From positions 16,103,432 through 16,167,431 of the forward strand of contig NC_092679.1 of assembly GCF_964355755.1 (NCBI RefSeq): a stretch of DNA of 64,000 nucleotides, in the 5' to 3' direction. Positions 49,512 to 63,445 of the stretch are shown here, piece after piece. Source of the DNA: Antedon mediterranea. Its lineage: Eukaryota; Animalia; Echinodermata. The position numbers and the translations under genes were made by a program. The notes beneath the pieces were generated by a model. It was not told where the DNA came from, ran no database searches, and saw only the letters and a list, made by a program, of their open reading frames with translations. Each line of letters begins with the position of its first letter. Position 1 is the stretch's first letter.

Positions 49512-52500
49512 TCTAGGTCTTTAATGGATAGTATCTTCTATAAGTTGATTTTGTTTGGTTTATTGTTTAAAAAACTGTTTTGTTACATTTTATTTGCATT
49601 GTATTGTCATCCAAACCGTTATTATATAAACAACTTCAAAAGTTGTAGTAGTTTAAAAGTTTTTTTCAAGATTCAAACTTTATTCTTATCCATTTCTGGA
49701 AATTCCATTGCTTGCATTATTAAAAATTACAGAACATCAATTACAATACAATTGAAATTACATTACAATAAAACATATTTGATATATATATATATATATA
49801 TATATACAGTATATATAAACAATTTGAAACGATAAAGATGAGGAAATCTGTAAGAATGAGAAAAAGTTGCCCCAACCGAGACTCAAACTCGGACCGCCTG
49901 CTTGATATGCAGATGTTCTAACCATTATGGGGCTTTCATGGTATTGTTCGAACTCGATTGGATAACGACTCTTTAACATTCTCGGCGTGGTACGGCGGAA
50001 CAGCACTAGTCCTCAGTTGTACGCACACGCACCAGAGATAAAATTGATACGCCCTTATCTTTCATTATTCTTATTCACGAAGCGGGATCTCCGAAGAGAT
50101 ACTTTTATATATGTAAACAAATCAGGCAAAAACCATTAATTCTAAACCGCCCGGTGATATACTGAAATTTAATTAATTATTTGAAACGATAAAGATGAGG
50201 AAATATGTGAGAATGAGAAAAAGTTGCCCCAACCGAGACTCGAACTCGGACCGCCTGCTTGATATGCAGATGTTCTAACCATTAGACCACTGGAGCTTTC
50301 ATGGTATTGTTCGAACTCGATTGGATAACGACTCTTTAACATTCTCGGTGTGGTACGGCGGAACAGCACTAGTCCTCAGTTGTACGCACGCGCACCAGAG
50401 ATCAAATTGATACGCTCTCATCTTTCAGTATTTTTATTCACGAGGCGGGATCTCCGATGAGATACTTTTATATATATAAACAAATCCGGCAAAGAACATT
50501 AATTCTAAACCGCCCGGTGATATACTGAAATTTAATTAATTTGAAACGATAAAGATGAGGATATATCCCACGGTATATCACCGGGCAGTTTAGAATTAAT
50601 GTTCTTTGCCTGATTTGTTTATATATACTGTATAAACAATAAAATGCAAACTATTTACAGTATATTTCTTATAATTATCATCGTTTTTAATTTTTGTTTA
50701 AAATTTTAATGGCTTGTAAAAGGAAAGAGAGAAGATATCGTTCAGTGCGGGAGGCCGACAGACGAGTATCTACCACTTGTCACATTACCAGAAACATGAA
50801 CTGTTGAACTGGGCAACCACAAATAAAAAAAAAAATTTTTTAAATTCTCATCTAAAAAATGACAAATTACACTGATTTCACAACTGCTTAGTTATACCAG
50901 GTGAAAATACGAGGAACAAAGAACATTCCTGCCAAATAGGTTTTTAGAAAGTTATTGATGAATATCAAAATGTACCCTAAGGTAACCAAGACTTTTGAAT
51001 TTCACCTGCTTGAACAGGATACCTTTATGTTCAAATCTTATAAGCCTTGTTCTCAGGTTTATAAGCTGCCTGATTACGCTTGAATAACGGATGGTTATCG
51101 ATCTACTTCTTGTGACCTATGATGTTTAGTATATCTAACCATTGGTATGTTGTTTACAATAGATGTATAATTATTAATCCTGTTAATGGTTGTTTTTACG
51201 GAGTATTGGCTATAAATAAAGCGGGAAATAAAGCAATTAATTAAGCAATGAGAAACCAAGAAAAAAAATTGTGCACACAAAAAAAGTGGCCATGTTTATT
51301 TCTGCCCATATAAGGTAACTTGATTTGTGACGCCATCAATATATTGATTTTCCTGAAAATCAATTTGAATGTCGCATACCGTATTTATTCTGACATGTGT
51401 CCCTTTAAATAAAAGCCCCGCCCCCCCTCGATCTACAATTTACCAAGCATTTTGATACAATTTGTATTGTATTTTATCACTTCTCACCACATTACAAAAA
51501 AATAAACACCTCCCTCGAAATACTGTAAAACACCTCCCTCGAATAAACGCTCCACTAAAAGCTCTCCTGAACAATAAATGCCCCTGGGGCGTTTATTCGA
51601 AAAAATACGGTAACAGTTTTTCCAAAAGGATCACTTCTTTTCTAACTACAAAATGGCTTACTCCAATTTGATTTCAGTACAGTACATCTGTAAAGTGGTT
51701 CATTATTAATATTATATGACTGCATTATGTTAATTGTAAAGGAAGGTGAAGAACATTGTAATTTAACTTAAAGAATTTTGGCAATATACTGTAGCAGATA
51801 TGGACATGGCCTTTAGGTTTTTACAGTCAACAATACACTATTTTGATTTAAAAAACTCGTAAAAATCTTCTTATTGTTGTTCATTATTTATGAGTATATT
51901 CTAAGATACAAATTGCAAAGTTGGAAATTTTATTGCTAGAAGATAAAACTGTGAACATGCAGGATATTGATGTATGTTTTACAATACTTGTACTATTGTA
52001 TGCATTTTATGTTGATTTTATTATAGGTCTATATATATTTCTAGGTTTATAGGTAGCTATACTATACTACTGTACAAAGTTTCTGTAGGACTTACCGTAC
52101 CCTGTATCAATTTCTTTTATTTCGGAAATATTTCATCCATTTGAACAAACGTACAGAAAAAGAAAAAAGAAAATTCGCAAATTCTAAACTTAAAATATAG
52201 GATACTTGTCCATCTACAGTACAATACATTTTTGAGTTATAAAGCATATATTTGCAAACACAAGCAACAACAATATTACAACTATTCAACATATAGTACT
52301 GTATGTTGCATGAAACTATAGATAGATTTTCGCATATACTCATTAAAAGGAAAGGAGGCCATGTTCAATTAACATCATACTGGCACTACTTCTAGAGACA
52401 TTCAGCGCAGTAATGTACTGTAGCATACGATAGTCACAACAAAGAGCGATTGAGTGAGTTGCTTCTAATACACAAACCTGTACTGCCTTTGAATTGAATG

Positions 52501-55500
52501 TCGGCCTCACCACTGTAATCACACATAAGGATATGACCAAGATAAGTACGGTAGTAAGTAAGGTAGTTAACACTCAGGTACTGTATGTAGTTTTATCAAT
52601 TACGTACCTACTGTACATTTGCACTTAGTATCTTTCAATGTAAAACCCCCTTGATGCTATACTTTTGAGCCAGAAAGTTTGACTATTAAAAATACTGTGT
52701 ATGAAAAATAACTTTGAGAGTGTCTGGATTTGCCAACAGATAGACATGTTAGTCATTTTGCAGCATGGCAAGACATTGTAAATGTGGGGGAAACTGACAA
52801 TCCTGTGGTATTTTGTGTCAAATACATTATTATTTATTGTGTACAGTCACGTGCATTCTGTCACATGCAAATATTTTGTATAGCAAATGATCATTAATTT
52901 AAGACAAGAAATGTTGAGCTGTAAAAAGAAACATTAATAGAATTTAGAAATATCTTTATTAAATCTTCAGCTAATAGCTAACTGATTTTAACCCCATTTA
53001 AATTAAATTTAGATACTGGTTAACTTTCAGACCTATTGGATTAGGGAGGCCACTCAAGTTTTAAAATGTGTTTATGTACAAACACGACGGATGATATCAT
53101 TCTGTTCTAATCCATGCTAAGATCATTTATTTCTCTTTTCATTTCTATGTACAGAGTTTGTGATAAAAAAAGAGCGACGAAACCCAAAAAGCAAAAAACT
53201 TGCAAAGGGCTGCCAAAAAATAGAAAATAAGATACAATTTAATTTTTTAAAAACCCCAAAAAAAAATCAAAGTAAAAAAAATGAAACCGATTGAAAATAT
53301 CAATGAAATTAAGGGCTGGCTGCTTTTGAAACCCAGGTTTTAGTGATCTTTAGTAGCTTTGGTCTCTAATTAGAATCCCTCCAACTAAAGACCGGTACTA
53401 GAAGTGGTCTTTAAATTACCCTATTTAGTTCTATGGAAATTGTGTCATAATTAGGCTGTCTTGCTGAACATGAAAAGTGAGGGTAATGTATCAGGTTATT
53501 TTTCCTATCCTTTCCATTTGTGTGTATTTAAAAAACTGCAGTATTTGATGATTTTCTTAGAATTTTCATTGCAAATGCATTCATTTTAAAAGTTTATTTC
53601 AAAATGGTCTTTAGAGGGACAACTTGAAGGAAAATGTTCATGTGGATCTATACTACCCAAACCGTGGTCTTTGGTCTCTAATTAGAGGAAATAATATGGG
53701 GCTGCAGTACAGTGGTTTTTATTGGGGGATTGGAGGAAGTCTTTAAATTGGAGAGAGATCTATTGTATACTGTACAGTACAGTAAAATACTTATTTACAA
53801 CCTTATTATTTAACCTCCCATTCATCAACCACTCCATCCCCTCCCCCACCCAAACAAAGAGTGTTTTAGTTTATTTTTAATTTAGATTTCCAAACACTTT
53901 TATTTATTAATGAGAAAGGTTTTTAATAGATTTAATTGAATCATACAATGAGTTTACTATTTTAATCTATATTAAAATATACTTGAAAATAAAATTAATA
54001 ATGTGAGAGTTTTAATACATTGCTATCAATTTTAATTGAATTATAGGTAATTAATTAACATTTTACATATTAGAAGATAAAGTTGACATTAAGACAAATT
54101 GTGAAAAGGTAATAGAGATTACCAGATATATAGAACATAAAAAAAGCAAACAGGTGTATTGTGATGACTAATTGTAATAATTGTCCAAACTTTTATTTAT
54201 TCATGTATTGCTAATTACCATTCCTTATCTATTAAAACTTTCTCAGAATATACATGACATATAGCAGTACTCTTCAACTATGAGTGGTCTGAAAATTTAT
54301 AATAGAGATTAATCACTAGGTGACTGACCTAGCATTAAGCTGCATAACAGTAACATAACGTTGTATCAGTGTGGCTATGTGTTTGGTGTAATACTTTACC
54401 ACTGTTTAGGTATCATTGATATTAACTGTTCACACACACTTGTAAACTATCTTGTATGGCTTATGGGGATTTCATCTAAACACTGGATTTATGCCAATAA
54501 ATATTACGCTACCGGCTACACAATAGCACACTTTAAAAGTAGTTTGTGGAGTCGAGATCGTCATTTTTGGAATTATTAATGATTTGGAAAGATGCAGGAT
54601 AAGTTAAACCGAACGTTTTCTCGTCTCAGGAAAGAAAAACAATTAGTTTATCTTGATAAAGAACTTTTAGAGGTGAGTTTTGAATGAATTAGGTGCTGGC
54701 TTCGTCTTTAACTATTTCTTTTGTTCTAATAAAATTCCCCTATTAAGGGGACACCTTCGGGACCCAACAAACTGTCCACTTAATAAGGGTGTCCCTTGAA
54801 TAGGGGTTGGTGCATGGAGATATAAAATTAGATACCTCCATGGTTTTGGTGTTGCTCAATAACATATTCCCTCAATAACCCCCCTGAAGTGTCCCTTTAA
54901 TATGTCACAAATGATCAGGGACTCTAATGTGTGTTACCATTATCATAATAGTTGGCCAATGTTGCCTGTCTATTGCTGAATGAAAGCATTAGCATGTCGG
55001 GTAATGATATCTCATACCATATCTCCAATTATTCATTTCTGTTGTCCTATCTTTTTCCTTTCATTGGTATCCATCTGTTGTCCAGTCTATGGCTGAAGTG
55101 GTCCATTTCGGATTTGACCAATTCTATTCTGCTGTGGGGATTAGTATACAGTACCTTTCATATCAAATAAGAATTACTCGTCATTACATCATTACATAAC
55201 TAATAATAATTCTATTCATACCTTTTTGTATTTATCCGGTTGGTTTTATATTAGATAAACCAATGTAGACACAGGAATTTCATTATGTCATACAAATAAA
55301 TTGCTTTTCGTGAGTATTCTCTGAAACACGCAACCAACAATACACGTTTGTTTACTTTGTGATCTTATAAGTGTATTTGTTGTTTAATTTCTGGTTACTT
55401 GAGGCCCATTGTTTAGCTGATGAAAAAGCAAATTTGAACAATGCGTTTGCTTTTTCTTCATTTTTGCAGGAACACGCGGCATGGATCAATAAGGTTTTGA

Positions 55501-55584
55501 AACGGCATAAACTTCGGCCAGTGAGTGACCTCAGGAAGGCTGTATCTGAAAGTCTAACTCTTGTTAATCTTGTTGAAATATTAA
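48994..55584 (+). CDS. 5' part of a gene with an N-terminal calponin-homology domain (DIXDC1/neuron-navigator-like); no further exon identified in the window
   Basis: Exon 55470-55584 EHAAWINKVLKRHKLRPVSDLRKAVSESLTLVNLVEIL matches the CH1 start pattern (W.N..L.....V.DL...L..G..L..L.E.L). Candidate phase-0 first exons 48994-49239 (82 aa) and 54592-54672 (27 aa), both ending GAG|GT. Confidence 0.7.
49800..50630 (-). mobile_element. Tandem ~358-bp repeat containing a tRNA-like cloverleaf, with inverted terminal copy
   Basis: Units start at ~49823, ~50180 and ~50540; 50573-50626 is an inverted copy of 50472-50526. Confidence 0.85.
50225..50296 (-). pseudogene. tRNA-like (Asp/Glu-derived) sequence within repeat
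   Basis: GCTCCAG-TG-GTCTAATGGTTAGAAC-A-TCTGC-ATATCAA-GCAGG-CGGT-CCGAG-TTCGAGT-CTCGG-TTGGGGC-A folds as a cloverleaf; anticodon is ATC here but TTC in the 19.9-kb copy. Confidence 0.6.
51379..51610. mobile_element. Tc1/pogo-type MITE
   Basis: TA|CCGTATTTATTC ... GAAAAAATACGG|TA with internal CGAATAAACG repeats. Confidence 0.75.
54725..54810. mobile_element. Fragment of a recurrent Tc1-like MITE family (CCCCTATTAAGGGGACAC)
   Basis: Related segments at ~1335-1545, 17290-17340, 17620-17675, 36145-36275, 57395-57520 and 58750-58790; contains perfect CArG CCTATTAAGG at 54739 and 57464. Confidence 0.6.
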
Positions 55585-58500
55585 GTAAGTATAACATTTT
55601 ATTTTGTTTTTTTACTTTTATTTTTTTTATATGATTATCAATAATATTTAACTTAAACTTTTTTAATGGTGTTAGGAGCAATTTGACCATGTATGTGTAA
55701 AATCACAAAATAAATATAGTGATTTATTATTTATTTTGTACTCTTAATTAAGGCATATTTTTTTTCTCTAATTTGTTATTTTTAAAATTTGTTATTTTTA
55801 AATTTGTAATGTACTGTTAGTTGATCACGGCCTTGTATTGTAGAAGAACACCTTTATGGTGACACAAGCTTTTCCGTGTTAAAATAAAGTATTTATTATT
55901 GGTGTTTCTAGGTTACTTCACATGGCTATTAAAAAACCATTAGCAGTATTTCGATACACATTTCCATGGTACTGTTATGTGTCCTGTTTACACATAAAAT
56001 TTGTAGTACTGTACTATAAATTTGTAAGAATAATATTTAGTTTCTAAAGTTATTAAAAGTACAGTAAACTGTAATATTATTACTTATTACTTACTTTATT
56101 CATAGTAAGCTTCTTGTTGCTATGGCTACCTGTAGTTTAGGGTAACAGTTTCAAATTACTAACCCCTATTATGGAGGTCACCTGTGAGACAAAACAGAGT
56201 AGGATAAATGGCTTTCTCAGGTAAATAAAGTTTGTTTTGATAGCTTAGGGATGAAATGAATGCTACTACATGTATATTGCTTTACTCTAAACAATGTGTT
56301 GAATGAAAAACTGGAAATTTGCAGTACACAGGTACCCTATCATGGATCACAAGTACAGGTACATTCCAATTTGATCCTGGGTCTGATCCCAATGCACTGC
56401 TGTGTGAAGTACAGCAAGGATTATGTAGTAGCAGCTGTGGATGTCAAATGAATGATAGTGGTGTAAGCCTACATATGGATACACACTGTGCTGTACTTTA
56501 TGGATATACTGTACTAGTGTACAAATCAGGTTCCCGGACACAACGTACGGTACATAAACATGACGTTCATACCTAGCTAAAATACGTATAATTATAAAAA
56601 TATAATATAAGAGAGTAGCCAATTGAAAAATAAGTATTCCAGAACTAATTTATATACTCACAGTAACATCGAAAAAGATGTAATAATTAATTAATCTTAT
56701 CATAAATTCGTAGCAAACGACTCTTTCTGGAAAACAGAAGAATAAGCAAAAGATAGTGTTAATACGTTTCTTTTTAATTACTTAATTTTATTTCAGAAAT
56801 TGTTCTTGAACACAGCAAGCAAGAACACTATTTTGTTTATGTCATGCCGCTTTCGAGGATATTGTTGAACACAATTTATTTACTTTAACAAAATTTATTA
56901 ACAAACAGATACAGTACATTCTTTATCTATCATCATCATCCGTTGCGCTATTTGTCTTGGGTAGACATTGCGTACGCTAATCGTTTCCATGACTCTCTTT
57001 CGGTGGTCTGATGGTCTGTCATTAATTTTGCGATCGATGTATTTGCTTTTTTTTTTGGCTTTTTTTTTTTTTTTTATCATCTAGAATTCACCTAATTCGT
57101 AGGAGGCTCATTAGTGTGCAGATCCGACAAACAGACTCATATATTTCACAATGGGGGTGGGGTTGGGGGGAAAATGAGCATAAGCCTTGGTAGCGTATAA
57201 ACGAAAATAATACTAATATAGCAAAAATTGAGTGATTTATTGTACTGTATAGTACTAGGTAGTAGAAATGTTGTTATGTGTATGTATAGAGTACTGTAAA
57301 CCTGTATGTGAAGTGTAGGTATTACATAATACCGGTTTGATTTTGATGGACTGGTTACGCCCTATTAGAGTAAACCAATATTTTGGGTTTTTTTTCAGTA
57401 GAACCCCCTCCTACAAACAAGGGGTGTTTTAACACTATGGCCAACTCTTTTTCAGTGGACACCCCTATTAAGGGGACACTTTGTTGAGTCCTATTACATT
57501 TCATTGGTTCTACTTGTATTTCTGTGTTTACTTTTCTCTCTTCTTTATTTGGATGTTGCTCTGGATTATTATTAACATTCTCAAATTTAGTTCCTCTGTC
57601 TTCTTGCATCACAGGCCTGAACAGAGGGGACATCAAGCATACATTCAGTCTGACATTTTAGCCTGTAGGTTGTAATCATATACAGTACATTGAATTTAAA
57701 TGAAAATTAATGGGCGCTCAAGGACACGGACAAAGAGTTCCTGTAAAGTTGTGTAATTTACTATAAATTAAAAGTACAACTGTAACAGAAAACTAATATA
57801 ATAATTTTTATATTTCAATAAGTTCTTTATGTAATGTTATTGGTGTGTGAATACATACATTGGTCTTTGTGATCTTATATGTTAGCGCGCCGTGTTGATG
57901 ACAAATTAATTTTTTGATCCTCATCAAACACATATCTTGTGTGAGGTGTAAATTCTACTAATTAGTACAGGGGCAGATCCAGCATTATAGATTAGAGGGA
58001 GTTGGGGGGGGGGCGCGCTAATATTTCATAAATATTAAAATAAATATTAAATAAATAAACAATCCGTCAGGTTGCAGAAAAATAAAAATAGTCATTATTA
58101 TATAATTTTATAAAGTTAAATTTTAGGTTGGGCTAAAGCTTGTTTACAGTACTGTAGCTCCCGCCTAAATCCGTGCCTGTAGTATGGCATGTTGTATCGT
58201 TATATATAGTATTGTATTATTCTATTACAGATAAACTTACACTAGTATACTGTATTAAATTACTGTATGTAACAATTTTGGATATACTGTATGTACAGTA
58301 AACTCCTATTGCAGATGCACCCAAATTGTCCAATTACCACCGCAATTATTCTAATTATGCAAGAAGGGTCTAAATTTGTTTTTAATTGCACCTTTACAAT
58401 CCTCAATATTAACTATCACATAATAAAAACAATTGTTAATAGATTGAGCATAGTAGCAGTAAAAACATTAATGTCTCTTAAAACTAAATTATTAGATTGT

Positions 58501-58995
58501 TTAATGTTTTATTTTAAGGTCATGCTCAATAAATGTTATCGCCTTCCTTCCTGCCTTAAATTATACACTAAAAACTTTAGCATGATGAATGAGGTATTTA
58601 AAAGCAGACAGGGTACCTATTTATCAAAATATGTCAACAATTTTACAAAGTACATGTATAGGTGTCTGATACTGTGATTTTGATTATTAGGGTCTATTTC
58701 TGCTGCATAACATTGTCAAAATAGTGACCATTCTACAGTAATTGAAAATTCAGAACTTCTATTAAGGGGATAACTTTTGGACCCCAAATTTTGAAAATGG
58801 GCAAGCACAATATACAGTAATATTAACATTCTGTCAGAAATAGATATAAAAAAGTAGTTAATAATTTCATTTCACTGTCACAATCTGCCTGATCTACGTA
58901 TTTTTTGTTTTGCAATATTCTTTCAGGTGCTACTGTATATACTACAGCAAAACACTGTGGGTAAATCCTAACTAAACTTTTTATCACATCTCAAA

Positions 58996-59630
58996 ACTAG
59001 AAAGCCACTCCGAGAGTGCACCTACATAAGATTTCTCCGGTTAAAAAAAATATATATATTTTTGTGTGTCTTAATGCTGTTTGTGATTGAGGCTAATTTC
59101 ACTACAAGCATGTGTATGCGAGTTTGGTGTAATGGTTATGTAACTAGCTTTTCAATTAACAATAGCTTCAGTTGAATAACAATAGAACAGCAACGCGAAA
59201 ATCAAACGAGTGAATTTGAAAAGAAATAGGTTTTTTCTACTCGCATCAAAAAACGTGAACATTAAATCAAATTATGTTTTAAAATTACAAATCACAAATT
59301 ATAACTCTTGCCTCTTGTAAAAAAATGAAGTTTTTTGGACAAGTAGTTCTCGAGAAAATGTAATTTCAGTTACTTTAAGACTGCTCGCCGGCTTTTGAAA
59401 AATTCTGTCCTATCTTTTAACACTAGCAGGTCTGAAAAGTATACTCAAAAAGTGGTCCAGAATTGGGACCATGGTCCCAAATAGTCCCAAAATTTAATGA
59501 AATGGTCCATGACCACATATCTATCTGTATATTCATTTTGGTAAAGATCTTGTAATTACTTTTTGAGTAATCCTGCTAAAAACAAACAAACAAACACACT
59601 CTACCGATTACATATACCTCGTGAGGTAAT
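58996..59630 (+). mobile_element. Helentron-associated (HINE/DINE-like) element, tentative
   Basis: Starts ACTAG plus short hairpin (CACTCCGAGAGTG), (AAAC)n microsatellite near the 3' end, terminal hairpin TACCTC-GT-GAGGTA. Confidence 0.45.
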
Positions 59631-61575
59631 TTGATTTGATTTGATTTGATTGATTCTTTTATTTTTCACACAACATTCATAAAAATATAAATATAAAATT
59701 AAGTACAATAAAGTGTGAAAAACAGGGTAACCACAAGCAAGCAAAGCTTTTAATCTGTGGCACCCTAACTTAAAATATAAATTTACAAATGTATTACAAA
59801 AATGTTTTCATGTAGTAAATAAATGAACGAAAATACAACGTACTATAATATAATATATATATATATATATATACTTCACAGTCTCAGAATATATACGAAA
59901 ATGTAATTAATTAAGTTAATGTTAGACATATTTTACAAATGTTGTTTTCGCAAAGATATATTTATATAACTATTAATGCATTTATTTAGTAATAGTTTTT
60001 TAAATATTGATATATTTTCACTCTCTCTTATATTTCTTATAAGTTGATTCCATAGCTTAGGTCCTCTATATGCTATACTTTGCTGACCCATATTAGTTGA
60101 TTTTAATTTTATACAATAATTGTCTTTATTTCGAGTGTTATATGTATGATAATTATCAAATAAACTGAATAAAGAATTAAAACATTTTGGAAGTTGTCCT
60201 TTTTGGTATTTAAACATAAAATTTAAAACACTGTTTTTATACAAATCAAATATATTAAATGTGCCCGTTTTCACAAAGAGCTGAGAAGAGGGATGATGAA
60301 AGTCTACCTTACAAATAATCCTAAGAGCTCTTTTCTGAAGCAAAAGAAGGCGATCCAAATTGTCTTTGTTTCCCGCACCCCATATAATAATACCATATGT
60401 CAACACTGGTAATATAAGTGTCTTGTATATGGTAAGTAACACTTGAGTAGATACTAAATTTTTTATATGACACATGGCACCAATTATTTAGGATGCTTTA
60501 CAAGAAACTGCATTTGTATGGTGTCTAAAGTTTAGTTTCTCATCAATGATGACACCGAGAAATTTAGTATATGGTACTCTATCTATTGAAACTCTATTTA
60601 TTGAAAGTACAAATTGGGATGTGTCAATGTTGGTATTCTTTCCACTAAATAACATATACGTAGTCTTGGTTGTATTAATATTTAATCTATTAGTTTTACA
60701 CCATTTCTCAATTTTATTTAGTTCATTTGTCATTATTGTAAAGGCAGTGACGATATCATTGTGTTGTAAAAACATATTCGTATCATCTGCAAACATTATT
60801 AAATCAACGACATTACTTACAGAAAACATGTTATTTATGAATATCAAAAACAGCAGGGGTCCAAGGATTGACCCTTGTGGAACGCCTTGTTTTATTATTT
60901 TGGTTACAGACTGACACTTCCCAATTTGTACGAATTGTTGTCTTTCTCTAAGGTAGCTACGGTACCAATCAAGAACCACGCCTCTTATTCCATAATGGGG
61001 CAATTTTGTGAGCAATAATTCATGATCTATCGAATTGAACGCCTTGGATAAATCCAAAAATACGCCAATCATAAATTGCTTGTTGTCAACGGCTGTTGTT
61101 ATTTTATCAAGGACTTGTAGGAGGGCGTGGTTAGTTGAATGACCTGCCCTGAATCCATATTGAGATTCATGTAACATTTCATATTTACACAAAAAAGCGA
61201 TTGTTTGGTCATATACGACCCTTTCAAATACCTTAGATATACATGGTAATATCGATATCGGTCTATAATTTTCTATGTTCTCCCTTGCTCCTTTTTTATA
61301 CACAGGAATTGTTTTAGCAATTTTTAGTTGACAAGGAAATACACCCGATTGAAGGGATACATTGATTATATGAGATAACGGTTTAGCCAGTATATCCGAG
61401 TTATTTTTTATATAAAAGGTACCAATGTCATCACAACCACTTGACTTATTTACATTTAAATCATTAATGTATTTAATGATATCGGACTCGGATACAGCTC
61501 TAAAAAACATTGAATTCAAAATGTCATGTTGTATTTTATATTCGGTGTTACTATTACGGTTATCATCACCTTGGC
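59631..61575 (-). mobile_element. 5'-truncated CR1/L2-group LINE, reverse transcriptase with one in-frame stop
   Basis: NYRPISILP, QYGFR, FLDLSKAFN, GVPQGSILGPLLFLIFIN, FADDT, KFLGV; ORFs 60488-61519 and 59933-60475 are in the same frame, separated by TAA; (CAAAT)n tail. Confidence 0.95.
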
Positions 61576-61942
61576 ATTTCCCGATTGATCGTAATCAAAA
61601 CGGTACTGGGTATGGTCTACTAGTTTTTCTGCTCCCAACCAGTACATCCATTCATAGAAGCTTTGATGAAGTAAGCCTACCTGGTGGTGGCCATAGAACG
61701 GTCCCGAGATAACGACTATACTTCGGCTTTAGTTGATAGAAGATCTAACAATTTATTCAATCTTCTATCGACTAAAGCCGAAGTATAGTCGTTATCTCGG
61801 GACCGTTCTATGGCCACCACCAGGTAGGCTAACTTACTTCATTAAAGCTTCTATGAATGGATGTACTGGTTGGGAGCAGAAAAACTAGTAGACCATACCC
61901 AGTACCGTTTTGATTACGATCAATCGGGAAATTACCTCACGA
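61576..61942. repeat. Long near-perfect inverted repeat (hairpin), arms ~170-180 bp, 15-nt loop
   Basis: 61576-61744 is the reverse complement of 61760-61931 with only a few mismatches/indels; loop CTAACAATTTATTCA. Confidence 0.95.
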
Positions 61943-63298
61943 CGCTACTATAGTCAGTCTGGTTGTGAAACAAACAACATCTTCAATGTGCCCTTTAATT
62001 AAGCTGGTAATTAATATTCTTTAATGATATGTAGTCTCAATATCTATGTAGTGCATGACTGCGCATTAAAATGTGAACTGATTAATTTCAGATTGAGTTT
62101 CATTATTTAGTCTATTTAATAGCATTGTTGTATTTGAATAAGGGAGATAAAGATTCCTTGTAGTGCATTGATTGTTTACAAATGAGTGCCGGATACAGAA
62201 TAATTTAAAGCAATTAGTGTATGTTTTTAGACTGTCATGGTTCTTTTTCATATTGTTACTATTACTATTATTTTACCTTGGAAGTGAATCATGAATAGCT
62301 ACCGTATGTGTCACTGTATTTATAGGTTTACTTAAACACTTGGTTCGTTCAGAGTTGTTTAAACAATGTGTAATTGTTTGGAAAGTAATAGGAAAATGTT
62401 ATATATAAAAAAGTTCTTATTTGTATGGCTGAAATGCTGAGTTTTATATTCTAGTCTGGCTTGACTATAGTTTTTGTTAAATATAATACCCATGTAGTCC
62501 AATTTGTGTATGGTACATAAATTAGGGACAAAAAAAAACCCCAAACAAATTTTTAGAAAAGCAACAAGTTGTATTTCAAACGAGTATTGTGATTGGTCAG
62601 TTGATTGATTGTTTTTCCTGTGTTTTTTAACCTATTTTCAATACACACACTTGTTAAAAGAATGATTGCAATGTAGTTTTTCCCATTGGTATATAAATTG
62701 GCAACAGGTATGACAGAAATAGGATGATAGATTATCAAGTGTGTTATGGACCAAACAAGTTTATATATCAACTGACATGACAGATATTTATGTACATTCT
62801 ATGCAATCCAATAATATAATTCTACTATTGATAGATTGATGTGAGATGAATTCAAAACTCAACAAGAATTCATTTGATTTGCATTGATTAGAATAGATTT
62901 CGTTTTAAGAGTAACAGCTTTAGTAGACTGAAAATTAAAGCTAAAAAGGAAATAAATGTTATGAGAAATGATTAAATAGGATAAAGCCTTGTGTGCTATT
63001 CAATTCAGCAGTTTATCAATAATAGTATATTTAATAGCAGAATGCTATTGATAAAACGAAAGGTATTAAAGGAGATGGCATACTATTTTTCAAGATCTGC
63101 TGTATGTTGGTAGATAGTTACTACGTATTAAAATCTTTTTTTAAATATCTATATTTAAATATTTAACTGAATATGAATAAGGAACTATGTACATGTATAT
63201 TGGTGTATGGTATAGTATACTACACAATTCAAAAGCTGTACATTTTGTCAATTACATTACAATGCAAAAGATCAGGACATTAGGTTCAGCACTTCTAA

Positions 63299-63445
63299 AG
63301 CTATCTACACTATCAAACTTTATGTGACAAAAAATGTGATGTGCCCATATATATATATGATGATGATATCATATCACTACCATATGTGGGCGTATTACTA
63401 CCATATTTGAGCACAACACACAATTTTTGTCAAACTATTTTGATT
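63299..63445. mobile_element. Family A MITE copy
   Basis: Left TIR AGCTATCTACACTATCAAACTTTATGTGAC; degenerate CArG units. Confidence 0.8.

Noticed and set aside
50225-50296. Functional tRNA-Asp(ATC) gene
   Set aside because: Atypical anticodon and loop, anticodon varies among copies, and it is embedded in a dispersed repeat; treated as tRNA-derived.
60546-60914. 122-aa plus-strand ORF
   Set aside because: Antisense shadow of the LINE reverse transcriptase.
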